Assembly (NCBI GenBank): GCA_023920165.1
Contig: CP089280.1
Span: 310,001-374,000, forward strand
DNA: 64,000 bases
DNA from: Curvularia clavata
Taxonomy: Eukaryota
Direction: 5' to 3'
Shown: one piece after another, positions 27,365 through 40,696 of the stretch
How positions within the stretch are numbered: the first letter of the stretch is position 1
Layout: each line of letters begins with the position of its first letter
Notes under the pieces: generated by a model
Told to the model about the DNA's origin: nothing
What the model saw: only the letters and a program-made list of their open reading frames with translations
The model's database searches: none
Made by a program: the position numbers and the translations under genes

Positions 27365-28378
27365 CTACCCCCTTCCCCGAAACTGCTCCGCCACAACATC
27401 CCCGAGTGTCCTCCTCTGCCTCGCCTGCGTCCCCGTCTCGCCCGCCAAAATACCCGTGGCCAACCCATCCGTCGAACCGCCTTCCCTCTCTCTCTCTGCA
27501 TCCAATCTAGCCCTCAGCCCCTCGAAACCGCGCGAATCGCGATTCTCTTCTCCAACCATCCACCCAGGGACGCGCCAGCGCGTAGCCCCAGGCAGCATAT
27601 CGCGACGATATGCAGTTCCCACGCCCCAACCAATCGCCGCTGCTATCAAAGAGCCAGGGAATTGTGACAGTGCGAGTTGTAGTGGGGCGGCGTAAGAGAG
27701 GGATTTCGAAGTTAGGGTCAGGCTGCGGGACCAGAGGGCGGTGATGGATTGTGACGAAGAGGACGAGGAAGGATCCCAGGGAGAAATCGTGTACCGGTAT
27801 GTGTAAGGAACTGCAGCGTAGTAGTTTGCAACGAGGGCGAAGAGAAGGGCGGTGGGGCCGGCGGGGAGGTGGTTTAGGTGACCGAAGGTGAGGGGACGGA
27901 GGAGGAAGGTCAGGAGGAGGGGTGGGAGGAGGGTGGTGTATGGTAGGGTGGAGATGAGGAAGGACTACAGGTTGTAAATTAGCGTTCAGGTACAAATGGA
28001 AGTGTATATAAGGTAAATAACTCACAGCGAACTTTCTACTCCCCCATAACCGCTCTATAACGCGTAGTTGGTAGAACGAAACCACTGCAAATAGCACCTC
28101 TGTTGAATTCGTGTAGCTGGCCTGCAAAATTCACAGTCTTTTTGTTAGCTTTCATTTTCCCTTTTTGTTTTCTTCTTTGTATCTCGAAACCAAAGGCAAG
28201 ATAAACGTACCTGCCACGTCGCAAATCGCCAAAACTGGCCATATCCCCATATATGCGGCACAACTAATATGTGCAAGTAGTACCTCGTGTCGGTAATAGT
28301 GGCCAGGAGCGCAGCGATTACCACGCCAAAGACGAGGAATTGCGACACGGGCGCGTTGGTGAAGCCCGAGGAGATCAT
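27365..28378 (-). CDS. DSC2: Dsc2/UBAC2-like rhomboid pseudoprotease (DSC E3 ligase complex)
   Basis: Introns 28210..28122 and 28025..27965. Motifs [56 protein letters not shown]. Confidence 0.8.
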
Positions 28379-29237
28379 TGTGTCGCTGTCCCGACTTGTT
28401 TGTTGCGCGAGTGGATTGAAAGTGGAAGAGATGGCGGCAAATGGGCAATTACGGCGAAAGGCGCATATCGGGTCGGAGTGTATGTGTGTGCGCGAGTGAG
28501 GGAATGACTAGGGTTTGGGTTGTCGAAGGGGTAGAAAGGACGAATGAAGAGGTGGGATGGATTGGAGCTGTCCGATGACGAAGGAGCGGGAGTTGTGTGG
28601 GGAAAACGGGTGCGTGGCATGTGCAAATGCGCCTGTGCGCGAACTCACACAAGACGAGTTGCTGATTTGTTTTTGTGTATGTGATTTTGTTATGGCCGGA
28701 CAATAGCATATAAGGCTGTGAGAAAAAGCAGAGACAAATGATTAAACGGGTGTCGTTTGAACTCCATTCACTTTGTGAGATTCTACCTCTTGCATCCAGG
28801 TAAAAGGTCTATGACAAGTAGACATTGCTCTATTCCACAAGGTACTTTACGTCTTCGATAGATTACACAATGTACTGGACAAAACACACATTTCTTTTAA
28901 CCAAAAGACACACAAAAAGCCAATGTATAGAGATTGGAGACTCTGTAAGTCAATTCGACGCCAATACTAATAATTCTAATACAACACGTATTCCGCGGTT
29001 GTCTATGGTGTTGATAATACAAAATAAACAGTAAGCCTACCTTAGCTATGCATAACAAAAGACAATTACCTGACCCATGCTAATGATATGGATATTTCCC
29101 TAATCACACCGACGCCTGTCCGTCGTGATTTTCCCCTTGCGGAGTGTATGTTGAGTGAACCCTTTCTCTAGTAAAAAAAAACGCCGGTTAGAGGAGAGAG
29201 AAAAAACCAGATTAGATTCGTAACAGTCATTAGGGTA

Positions 29238-31028
29238 TTACTTCAGCATTCCAGGATGCAGCAATGGCTGCAGTGGTGTGGATAATCTCCTCGATGTAGG
29301 AGGACGAGCATAATCTTTGCCAAACCCTTCCACGCGAGACGAAAGGTTCCTGTCAAGACGCTCGTGCTTGGCCGGAGGAGTGGCTTTGCGCTCTTGTCGT
29401 CGCGATTCACTTAAAGTGTCGACAGAATGGACCTTCTTCGGTTGTCTGGCTTGGACAGTTGCTGTATCGGCGTTAGATATCTGCGATCCAGAAGGGGTTG
29501 AGTAGTGGTCAATTACTTGTTCAAAATTCAAACGGTCCATGCTACGCCACCAGCGCTCCTTATCTTCTCGCGGATCAACTACGGAGGCTAGGTCGACTTC
29601 GGAGCCTGAGGAAGTAGACGGACGGTGCCATGTCTCGTAGGTGGTCTGTGGACGGCTGGCGAAACGGTCTGTGTTAGTGGGGTTCCGACGTTGAGTTGAT
29701 GACGGACGGTATTCGCTCGTTCTACGACTCAAAGGTCTATCAGAGCGATACAGGTTACGAAGACCTCCTGAACGGGAAGCCGTTTCTGCATAAGGCGCCA
29801 CTGTATGTGGTCGGGACGGAGAAATCTCTGCGGCATCCATCAAAGAAGGTGATGGTGTCTGATGATCCCCGCGGTACCGTCCAGAAGGGTCTCGCGGGGT
29901 GGGCGACCTGTCTTCTTCCTCTTGGACTGGAGCCATCTTTTGCTCACATGCAGAACATGGAGTTTCATCGCGAAGGGCTCTCAAGGATACCACTGACATG
30001 CGCTGAACCAGTTGACGAGCAGATTGCCTATGCTGTTCTGTCAAGTCAAGGAATTTCTTGGATCGCTCCGAGGGCACAAATGTCTTGAACGATTCGCTGC
30101 TTCGCTTTTCCTTCTTTACCTGGGGCGAGGAAGGCTGGCTATAGTAGTCCGAGTCAAAATGACTAGTCGAAGGCCGCGACTCATCCACACTGTAGACGCG
30201 CGAGGGATACTTGTCGGGTCCAGGAATGAGCGAGCTTTGAGAAGAGGCGAATTCAATGGCTGTGACTCGCTCTTTGAGTTCCCGGAGCTCCTTGGTCAGC
30301 ACAGCCTTCTCTTCCTCCATGGCGATGATGCATTCGGCCGCCTCTTCAATTGCCGCTTCGTGAGCGGACCAATGCGTAGCACTCTCGCTGGCTATGGCGG
30401 TAAGCTCCTCGTTGATCTTGCGATGGTCTTCGTTGACGGCTTTGAGACGTTCCATTTCGTCCTTCATCTTTTCCATTTTGAGCTTCAAGTGCTGGTTCTC
30501 TGCGCGGAGTTGTTGAACCTCGTCTTGACACGGCTCGAGGCGTTCGAGTTCCTCCAGGGCCGACGTCAGTTTGACCTGGGTTTCTTTCCTGTTCTTATCG
30601 AGGAGTTCGACGCGCATGTTGGCAGTCATGAGGGATTCTTTGAGCTGTTCGACCTCTTTGCTGAGCTCTCGATTTGTCTTGGAGGCATAACCAAAGTCTG
30701 AAGGTCGCCTTCGCTGAATGGGAGAAACGGGTGCTGTCTGTTCTTCGGAAAGGGCATACTGGAGAAAGATATCGGGTGAGACTTCAGGTTTCGGTACCTC
30801 GTGGGCGCTCGGAGCAGGAGAGGACGACTTGAGTTTAAGGTCTGGAGGGGTTCGGGTTGGTGTCGTTTGCGATTGCGACCTCCGTGCATGGATGGCGTTT
30901 TTGAGATACTCAGACTTGGGCGCAACAGAAAAACCACCCGAACGTGAGGCGGAAGATCGCGGTGAATCGGGGGTGGCCGGAAGGAGATCTCCGTAAAAAG
31001 AGGAGCGACGAGAAGATGGAGTCGACAT
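29238..31028 (-). CDS. Hypothetical coiled-coil protein with Ser/Pro/Arg-rich tails
   Basis: 596-aa ORF with heptad coiled coil (ELSKEVEQLKESL...ELRELKERV). A possible last intron 29241..29168 would change the C-terminus. Confidence 0.75.
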   Translation of the reverse strand: MSTPSSRRSSFYGDLLPATPDSPRSSASRSGGFSVAPKSEYLKNAIHARRSQSQTTPTRTPPDLKLKSSSPAPSAHEVPKPEVSPDIFLQYALSEEQTAPVSPIQRRRPSDFGYASKTNRELSKEVEQLKESLMTANMRVELLDKNRKETQVKLTSALEELERLEPCQDEVQQLRAENQHLKLKMEKMKDEMERLKAVNEDHRKINEELTAIASESATHWSAHEAAIEEAAECIIAMEEEKAVLTKELRELKERVTAIEFASSQSSLIPGPDKYPSRVYSVDESRPSTSHFDSDYYSQPSSPQVKKEKRSSESFKTFVPSERSKKFLDLTEQHRQSARQLVQRMSVVSLRALRDETPCSACEQKMAPVQEEEDRSPTPRDPSGRYRGDHQTPSPSLMDAAEISPSRPHTVAPYAETASRSGGLRNLYRSDRPLSRRTSEYRPSSTQRRNPTNTDRFASRPQTTYETWHRPSTSSGSEVDLASVVDPREDKERWWRSMDRLNFEQVIDHYSTPSGSQISNADTATVQARQPKKVHSVDTLSESRRQERKATPPAKHERLDRNLSSRVEGFGKDYARPPTSRRLSTPLQPLLHPGMLK

Positions 31029-32620
31029 ATTGGTATAGGGTTACTAGAGCGTGGTGGATAGATGATCGCGACGGAAGCGACTTTTAAATGGACGGCTAGA
31101 CGCCGCAGGGCCAAGAAACAAGAACTTGTGTTGTAACAAAGTTATGCGATTATAAACGTCAAGTCGTGTGCGAGAACAGTGTAGGTAGGGATGTCGCGTG
31201 GCGGCGCGTGAATTGTAGTATAGCGTGTAAAGACGGGAGGAAAGTCGCTCGGGAGCGGATCGCCCTTGGGTTCCATTGAGCGCTTGTTGGGCGCGTCTCT
31301 GTCGAAGTTTACACTGTGCGGTAGCGGAGAAAAAGGGTGGACAGCCGAGAGTGGCGAATATCGAGAGGGCGTAGGTTTAGTGTACAATGTTGTTGTTGGT
31401 GGTAGTCTTGAGGCTGCGTCTGGGCGCGCAATCACGCGCGCAAGTCTGGCACAAGCAATATGGAGAGGGCGACGCGGAGCAGGTGGCAGACAGGGTGGCG
31501 TGTAGCAAGAGACGTGTGGGAAGGGCGCGCGAGCAGACAGTGAGTGGTGAATGGCAAAATGGCCATAGGGGTGGTTGAATCGGGCACCAAAAAGGCCCAG
31601 GCCGCCACCCGAGCCAGGGGAGCGCCTTACCCCAGATTGGGCAAGCGAGAAAGGGGAAGAGAGTAGAGTAGTGCAATGGGAACAGGCAGCGTCCGGCACG
31701 ATCCAGCGTCATGGGCTGCCTCGCTCGTCAAGGCCTCTCATTAGCTGCACTGGCGACGGCGAGGGCGGTGGCGTGGGGATAGAGCGAGGAGAGAGGGGCG
31801 TTGGAGACCCCCTGTGCGGCCTGCATAAGGGTTGCATGGCGTCACAGAAGCCGTCGCCATGACATGCACGCGGGTTGACTGTCCACTCTGACGGCACAAG
31901 GACGTGCATGGTGACGCATGGGACCGAAGGATAGGCCCATCACACGAGACGGTCGTTGGGCGGCGTGTCAAAGAAGAAAAAACGGGCGGCGCGTTCCTAG
32001 GGCGTGACTGATGTTGGGCGTGTTGAGGCCTGTGATTGGCTGCGCGGCTGTCATGGCGGAACCGCCTTGAGCTCGACGGTGATTGGCCAGACTGCGGTTG
32101 GCTGCTCACCACACCCTTGAATATACGTCTTCCGACTCCCTAGATCAGATAACTTGGGCCGTTGTCTTGTCGGCCCTGCCCTGCCCTGCCCTGCCCTTTA
32201 GCCGTAGCCCGCGCGCCTCAACTGTCAAACTCTGAGCTGACCGGAGCATGAACCCGGAACCAAGCTGCAGTGATCGCCCTCGGACTCTCCTCCGCACCCC
32301 TCGCTCCCTCGGACTCATGTCGGCCAGCCAATCTATACCAGCCATCTGCTGTCTTACGTTACCCTCTGCTTGCATGTTTCCTATGCCATCCATATAGAGC
32401 ACGACAGGGATACCAACCGTACCCTAAACCTTGGTCCGTCAGCGGCGCCGAATACCGAATCCTCCAGCCTGAATCATCACCACATGTATACATTACACCC
32501 AATTAGAAACAATGCCAATATTACACATGTACTCTGGGTACATGGCACCTACATGCTCTCGGCCTTCTTGCCTCAATGCTTGTCCATGTCCGCCACTCTT
32601 GTATCAACACGCTTGCTACT

Positions 32621-33990
32621 TCACATGTCCACACCTACTCCAGCTTGGCGCAGCCGATCCTCCCACTCGACCCGCAACCTCTCCATCTCTTTCCAGCATC
32701 TCTTTCCCGTCTCCGCAAACCGCTCCTGACTCTCCTTGCTGAGATCCTTTGCATATGGATCCCGTCGGCGTCTTGGCCGTGTCTCTCCAATCTTGCCTCC
32801 CCATCCCCACCCCGGCACCTCGGTGCGATCTACACGCTCTTGGCCCCAAAAGTCTGTTGCACTCCCCCATTTGCCCACCCCTTCCTTTGCCTCCATCTCG
32901 TCTAGGGTGTTTTGACTCGCAAGTGCTAGCCACACCATGGCCGTCGCCCCCTTCTCTACCGTGATGGTATGCCACTGGCTGCCAACCCACCGCGCAAGGT
33001 AAAAGGCGATAAGCATGCACCACTCGAGTATCACCGGCAGAGGCATGATGGATGTTCCGCAGATACCAGGGTGCGTCACGTACAGTCGCGGCTTCGTCGT
33101 TTTTTCGTCCGCTTCGGCGTCTTGGAGGTAATGATTGACCGTCTCGCTGGTGTAAGGCTGCGCTGACGAAATGGCCAGCACATCCGTCAGACGCTTCGAG
33201 ACTTCGTATGGCATGTCCGAGGTAATGCCTTGTATATCCTCGACATCAAAAATGTGGTCGTATGCCTCCAGACTGCTGACCCAGATCATCCTGCCTCTTG
33301 CCGTGTCGACCTTGGAGTGTCTTGCTAGAAGCGGTGCTAGGTAGTGGCCCAGCATGTAGTGGCCAAATACATTGGCACAAAACACTTCACCCAGAGGCGG
33401 TTCCTCTACTTTCTTCTCCGCTGGTATCTGTGGCTTTGCAAGCCATCCAATACCCGACATCTTGTATGTAGGCCAAGTAATAGCATTGTGCCAGTCCGTG
33501 AGTATCGACCAGATTGCAAGGGGCCAATTGACGCCTGTCCAGCCGCCGATACCAGCGTTACAGATAAGAACGTCTAGCTTAGGCGTTGTGTCCCGTAGCT
33601 TTTTGCTAAGCTTTTGCACCGACACGAGACTCAGCAAATCCAGCCGCTCCTGCCGAAAGTATACCCGGTTCTGCAACACAGGTGCAATACCCGGGAGCTT
33701 TTGTTCGTGCCTCCGGATCACCTTGCGTAGGTGCTGCTCTAGCTTTTCAATCGTCGTGTCGCCTTTGCGCTGGTCGCGTGTGGTGATGATGAGAACGAGA
33801 GACTCGTTTTGCGGTCGGGTTTGGAGAAATTCATCAATCAATCGGGTCCCGATGCCCAGTCCGAGGCCGCTGCGAAAGGGTCAATCGTGTATCGAGCAAG
33901 AAGGCAGGGTCGTGCTGCAAACCTGTTGGCGCCGGTGACGAGAACATAGAAGCCATTGTCGGGGGTGGGTATGTCCTGTGGAGGAGACAT
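32621..33990 (-). CDS. ERG27: 3-keto-steroid reductase
   Basis: Intron 33922..33870 restores VLVTGANSGLGLGI (SDR Rossmann motif). CNAGIGGW, LGEVFCANVFGHY, YEVSKRLTD, HPGICGT. Confidence 0.92.
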
Positions 33991-36900
33991 GTTTGGTAGA
34001 TACGTAGAGCGGATAAAGAACAACGCGCTCCGGTGGACAATTCCACCTCGGAAGGAAGGAGCACGTGTTAGCCAATCAGAACCAAGGGCATCCACATTAC
34101 ACTTGACTTCACTCCATTGCACTTCAAAGGCACAGCCTCTGAACTGAACTCCCGTCCACATGTCCTGTACTTATATCATACCTGCATCTTCCATCTTGGG
34201 TTGTTGCTTGCAATTCTTCCTCAATGCATGTTGATAATACCCGACAAACATCGCTGTCTGTGAGAAACAGTGGTGCAAAGGCTGCGTTGGACACAGAACC
34301 GTCAAAGTTCTTCCAAGCTTTTGCCTTGCTGGCATAGCTTTATGCAAAAGCTTTCACACCGACTTTGTCGTTTGGAATCTTTTTTTTTTCTGGCTTTAAT
34401 ATGACACAGGGACCGGCAGTGCGCAATCTGCCGTGTCACAAGCACTAACAATCCACATGTACATACATGGACGGGTCGGCCGGATGAAAAGGTAACAGAG
34501 CCCAATACTCCAAAGCGGACTTTGCCGTATGTCTTCTGATGAGATGTATGTATTTTCTTTCTCCAAGTCATGCAGCCCTATCTGCCGCCCCGCATGTTGT
34601 TTACCGTAATCACGGCTCGCTAAACAGGCCGCCTTCCTTACTAGGACAACTCATCCGGCCTATGGAGTACTGACCTTCTGAATATTGCAAACGCCATGTG
34701 TCCCAGAGGCGCGGCAAGAATAAGCGACGCTTCACATCGGCCCGCCTGTAAGCATCTTGATCGTGCAACGGCTACAATCCGGCTGGTGCACAATGACAAG
34801 CCTGACAGTTGGTTGCCAAGATCCGTCTTCGCTTCAGAAAACGGACAAGATCAAGCTTCGGCAAATACAAAACTAGATATGCCGCTTACACAGCGGGAAG
34901 ACGACCGTTTTCTGAGGCAGGTACAACGAGTCATCAAGGTACTCTGCCAGGGCTTGCGAATGGAACCGAAATAAACCGAAGGGAAAAAAGGAACTTACCA
35001 ACGGGACCAGAACAAATAAAATACGTCCGTGTATCACCGGAATAAAAAACACGTCTATTGCAACCTACCCCATAGTTTCAGGTAATGCTGACTATGCTTG
35101 CCTTTCACAATTCATTATGATGGTCTGCTGACTTTCTCCCTGGTACCAAGCGTCGATCTCTCTCCGGCCATCCTGCTGCTGTTACGGCCAACACTGGACC
35201 AAGCATCGCCTAGGCAATCTGGCATTGTACATCACTTGGTCTTCCGAGCAAGCAGCCACTGGGTTCTCATTGGGCGAATAAAACCGCCGGCCGCGTATAG
35301 CACACATCGTTGTCTAGACCAATATTGATTTCAAAACATCATGTAACAAACGACTCACCACTACAACCCCTCTCCACGTCAGCCTCGCCCCGAGTCTCGC
35401 TACGCTTCGCTATGCATCGGCGAAATCACCGAAAGGCGGAGGTGGATGTGAGGCGGCTAGGCTTTTGCAAGGCTTTCGTGCATCTGTGACACCTGAGCCC
35501 TACGGCCTGGTGATCGGCCTGTTGCGCTTGGCCGTGCGCTCCCTCCAAGGAACATGGCGCGAGCATCGCTGTGCGTTTCGCAATCATTCCCTTACGGTAT
35601 AAGCCTGGCCATTGCTCGCGACGGCCCAACGTCAGCAAGGCCTCGTGTCGTCGTCTGCATTCTTCCGACGCGAGGAAAGGATCCCCCACTATCACGCCCA
35701 GGCCTCTCTAAAAACACCTCCTAGCCATCCCGCGTGGATCCGGTATTAGACTGTTAGCCCTGCCAAACTGAGCTTCGCCCACGTTTCTCATGGATAGCGC
35801 CGGCGGGAGTGCGGAGGTCGGGACGAGGGACCGAAGAAGCACCGCATTCTCTCCTCCATGCAATGGACATGGAGTCCATTTGTCAGTCAGCCACATAAAT
35901 GACACTCCATCATACATACATATACATGTTTACATGTAACCAGGCCCCGCAAAGTTTGTTTACGGTATACGTTGGAAGCATGGCAGTTTAAAACAAAAAT
36001 GCCAATGTTGGCGTCGGGACCCAGTGTTCCCCTCCAAGGGCCTAATCTTCTTGTTCCTGGTTGGTCTTCCCGCGTCCACCACCGTCTCCACAACTAACGC
36101 ATAACCCCCAAGTTAAAGCTCCGAAGTGATCCACGACTAGCTTCTCTGGCCTACTGCACGTCATACCTGCGACTTTGGCGCATCTGCGTACCCTACGTCT
36201 CAGGCTAAAGCAGGGGTGTGTGTGTGCCAAAAGTGCCGCGCTTGTGTTACCGACACGGAGTCTACTCCGCCAATGCCATAGGGACAGACCTCTTGTTGCA
36301 TTATGGTCAAAAATTGTTCTGACTTGCGGACATCGGCGATGACTTCTCTGAGTCCGTTCCGGGCCGGATGCCTGCATTTTCTGTCGCGTGCCAATCCCGT
36401 TATGCATAGTCTGTTCGACCAAAAAAGGTTTGTGACCATGAAGAAGAAGTGGATTAAGAAAACGATAGTTGTCCCGCTTTCCCCGTTGTCACCAAACCGA
36501 AAACAGTCCGCCTATTGAAAAAGAAACGATTGTATATCCCTGTTCCTTGTAATGAGAGGAATACAACTGCCTTGAGTACTTCTCGACAAAGTTCAAAGCA
36601 GGCTTTGATGCCCAGACTCGGGATGATCACTCTTCACCGTATCTTTTCACGTACGAATGATCGTCCATAGTGTTTTTCGTGACGGTAAGCTCTTGACGCA
36701 TGCATCCATGCACCAAGAACAGCATTACGAACAAGAACAAATGTAGCGTTGAGGGATTATTCTTTCAATCTCTTGACAGCCCGGGCCGTGCCGATTAGGC
36801 CTCCAACGAAGATCTCGGGTGGTACATTAGAGAATGTGAAACACCATGCCCTTCGTCTTTGTGTCACCTGCTACGGAAGGCGATGGCCAGGCTGCTCATG

Positions 36901-39900
36901 CATCGTCGTTTGTGCGTCACGAACGAAATTCGACGAGAAAATTATAGCTCACACGAGTGCCGACACGGGCTATCCAACTGCCGGCATGCGGTACCGGCAC
37001 ATTGCTTACGCTTTGATGTTTGCCTCTAAAAAAAGAAAGAAATAGACAGAGCGTCTGCGCGGGCATGTCAGTGGGCAAACAGCGGCATGAATCGCGGTCT
37101 GGGAACACATCGGCTCAGAAGTCGTGCTCGTAACGAGGATATTGGCAAGAGAAAAAAGAATAAAGAAAAAAAAAAGCCACACCAACGACTCCGGGTAGGA
37201 AAGGTGCTTACAGGACTAGCGGATGTTCCCGACCTCCAAAAAAACGACACAGATACTCTAATGCCATCAGCAATGGCTACTTCCTGCAAGCATCATTGGG
37301 GTACACGCTACATGTGGTTGATACCATTTTGTCTCCCATAACATGTGAGTGGGTGGAGACGGATGACCCTGGAACGATCCCAGGGTATGCGAGATTGGAG
37401 CGCAGACTTCCGTCTCTCCCCGTGTGACAGTGATCGGGCTGTCGCAGCGAAACAATGCGTGTGACTGCTCTTGCAACGGGATGATCGTATCATAGACAGG
37501 GCTCGAATCGACTTTTCACGACAAGATACCCCATGACCGACCAAACCACCACCCCCGTTCATCATCGTCATAATCAACCAAACACAACTAGCGGGGGTGT
37601 GGACAGGTAACTGGGATATCGGAACCTCCTCCACGCGAAAGGGCCGCGAGTCACGCACACAGACACCAAGACTTTCTTGTTCTTCCTCAAATCCCGACCG
37701 AGCGCGTAACTGCACTAATGCTCCAGCCGGCGCGTCATCAACCGTGTCTAGGCTGAGCGCTGGGCTGAGTGCTGGCCTGCACAGCCCTTATGGTCAAGGA
37801 TATGAGGCCAGCTGTTGCTCAAGGTCGGCGACGGGGAATCGGAACTGCAAACCCCAAACGACACGAGTAACTATCCTTTGACTAGCTGTGCACCGTCAAG
37901 TGTGCCATTCGAGCACAACGGAGCTATCACACCGAACTCTGAGTGGTTCAAACGGCACACGGATGATAGTTTTGTAACATCTTCCATCAATGAGCAACTT
38001 AGCAATTGGGGTCTAGCCACGGCACGAACACAACGGTTATTGAGAGGGATTTGAACGAGGTGCAGTTCTCGGTATGTATACCGCAAAAAGACTTTTGCAA
38101 TTTCATGTGACCACCTCACTTGGCATCTCTTCAACCGCAGGGCCTAGTCCTTTGATTCCACGAGCAGCATTCTTTTTGTTTTGTAAGCAACCAACAACAA
38201 CGGCGAGGTCTGGTCCGCTCTCCGTGTTCATATTTTCTCCCCTGCTCTGCTGCCTCATAATTTGGGTGGGCAGCGAGTCAGGAACACGCAGATCCGCAAC
38301 TTTTCCCACGCGCTTTGGTAACGTAATGATTCGCCTTCCAGAACCCTTCTACGGTGGTTCCCAAGCGACCTCGTCCAAGATGCACTGTCTCTTTTCCCCC
38401 CCGTACAGACTTGCAACAAAAGGCATCCATGGTTCTGCAGACGGAATGCCTCGCGCGCTAGGTTCGAGGGGCGTGGTACGACTTTTCTGAGTGATGAAAC
38501 AGAAGCGGAGTCAAATAGACATTCCGTCTGGCTCTCTTTCACATGGTGGTCAGCACAATTCCAGCAACGTCGTAGCAGTGGTACACGAAAGCACCCCTAT
38601 CGGAATTCCCCGGCAGCAGCAGAGACCATTTTGTCCAATAGCAGACCGATGCGATGCTAGCTCCAAAAGTCACCAGGTTCAAAAAAAATCGCGATATGTT
38701 TTTGAGGGGTTGCGTGTCGTGAGACTTTTGCTTCCCGGGCCGATGCTTGGGCGGGCTGTGTTGTTGAGCACAGGTACCTGGGATGATAGGGAAAGAAAGC
38801 GAGAGCGATTTGCGCGCGGGCGCAACAGAAATAACAAAAAAAGGGCTGGCCAGTTTGATACGAGTTAGAGCTTCGAAAGGGCCTGGTTTAAGCATGATTC
38901 GCAGATTCGATGTCGTCGATACGGGGTCCCTTGGGTCACGCCATAGACTCCCCATGTAGCACACCTGTCTACATGGTGGTGGTGGTGTTCGTTCGGCCGA
39001 CTGATGGGCAGTAAGATTGGCTGTTCTTGTCGGCACAGATCTCCATAGATGATGGCTGTGCCATGTCGGGCCGTGCTCATAGAGGCATTGGTTCGCGCGA
39101 TTGATTGGCTACTGCACTTGATTAGCCAACGCCGTGTTGATGCCCTACATACAACGTGTTGGTTATGAGGGGTCTTTTAGTTCCACAGTGACTTGCATAA
39201 GTCTCGATGATAGCGGGCATGATGTGCTTTGTCTGAGCCCACTGTATAAAGTGTGCCCGTACACCAAGGACGGGCCAAAACTTGCAGCGGCTAGAACCGG
39301 GACATTAACCTCGAGTGGCCAAAGTATGCCCAAAGTTTTTCTTTCTGTGTACTTGGGCTTCTTGAAACCAAGTAATCTGCCCACGCAGATGAGCTGGACT
39401 TGTGAGACAGGGGGGAGCAACTCTGTTCCGTCTTACACATACACGTCTTTGACGTTGCGCAAATCCAAGAAACGCCCCAGATACGAAGAGAAAGGCGCAG
39501 CTAGGGCCCCGTGATTTGCTCCCCCTCCCCCTTAAGGTACCGAGATTGGGCCGAAATCGTTTGTAACTCATGTCTGTGTGTGAGTGTGTTTCTGAGCTTT
39601 GAGTCCCCATTATGATTTCCGAGCCTCCCCTTTCGTGCCCCAAAGCTTTGCAGGTCACGCAGCTAGAGAGCATGAAACGAAGGGGTAGGTAGGCGAAAGA
39701 GCTAGAGACAGAATACGCCGGCTGGGTTCGTGCGGATCCTGAATTCGCCCCCGTTTCGCGTGTTCCACATACATAGACAGGTAGTTGAGTAGATGGGTGT
39801 TGTGTGCCGAGCATAGGTGTCCTTTAGCGGGTTGTGAACTGCGGGTTGACGGGTACTTAGCTCGGCCGGAGTCGTGGCCGGTCAGTGGTGGTGGATGCAG

Positions 39901-40424
39901 AGCCTCGTACGGGGATGGGTTCATTATCGCCTCGCACGTTGAGACTTGGGAATTTGCTAGTGCGAGTTTGAGCTTTTTTTGTGAGAGCCTGACGATGCCG
40001 TGCCTGCCGGTTTGGATGGTGGTGTTCTCGTACCTCTGTGATCTGCTCGTGTTGCTGGAGGAGGCTTGAAGGCAGAGAAAGGATACGCAGAGGACCTTTG
40101 TGTCGAGCGTGGGTTCCAAAGGGGTTTTGTTGGTGATCCCGAAGATAATCCTGGGTCTTGTTCACTGCTTCCTAGGCTTAATATCAAACGACATGTGAGT
40201 ATGTCTTGGGGCAAAAACAAATAACAGTGGGAAAAGCAAGTGAGCGCCGTGTATGAAGGATAACGATGATACAATTCGACTAGTCAACAAAGGTGCCAGA
40301 CTGAGAAAACGCATCCGAGAAAATGGGTATTATGCAAAATGCCCGCCATGTACGCCGCATGAATATCACGTTTCTTTTTTAACAGAAAAAGAAGAGGAAA
40401 ACAGGTTTGGTGTGGTACTCTCTG

Positions 40425-40696
40425 TCATCGTCTGCAATCGCCTGGAGTACTGTTAGAACACAGCATGACACTGTATGGCATATGATGATGTTACGAACCG
40501 CAGTTATCATTCAATCTATACTCTCTAGATGTAGAATCAGCATTGTGGGCTACATGTGCGGCATAGACTGTGTTTCTTACACGGCAGTGACGTTTGCCGG
40601 GCATCGTACGTGAGTTTGTTGGTATTTAGTACACCATGCCTTAACGACATATCGGACGTGAGTACATTTGTACTGCACTTGTGTGTAGTCGCACAT
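40425..40696 (-). CDS. 52-aa Cys/His-rich microprotein MCDYTQVQYKCTHVRYVVKAWCTKYQQTHVRCPANVTAVEYRLNDNCGDCRR
   Basis: Exons 40696-40581, 40524-40499 and 40441-40425. Two 56-57 nt GT-AG introns with CTGAT/CTAAC branch sites. CAACATG start context; a further acceptor at 40703 suggests a 5'UTR intron. Confidence 0.75.

Noticed and set aside
27365..27700. Dsc2 lacks a C-terminal UBA domain
   Set aside because: As I recall, filamentous-ascomycete orthologues end the same way; no frameshift is visible.
32173..32196. (GCCCT)n microsatellite
   Set aside because: Short, ordinary simple repeat.
39655..40064. Possible alternative last exon of the microprotein (AAG acceptor at 40065, compatible phase, 136 codons)
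   Set aside because: No clear branch site, the encoded sequence looks random, and the CxxC motif would be lost.
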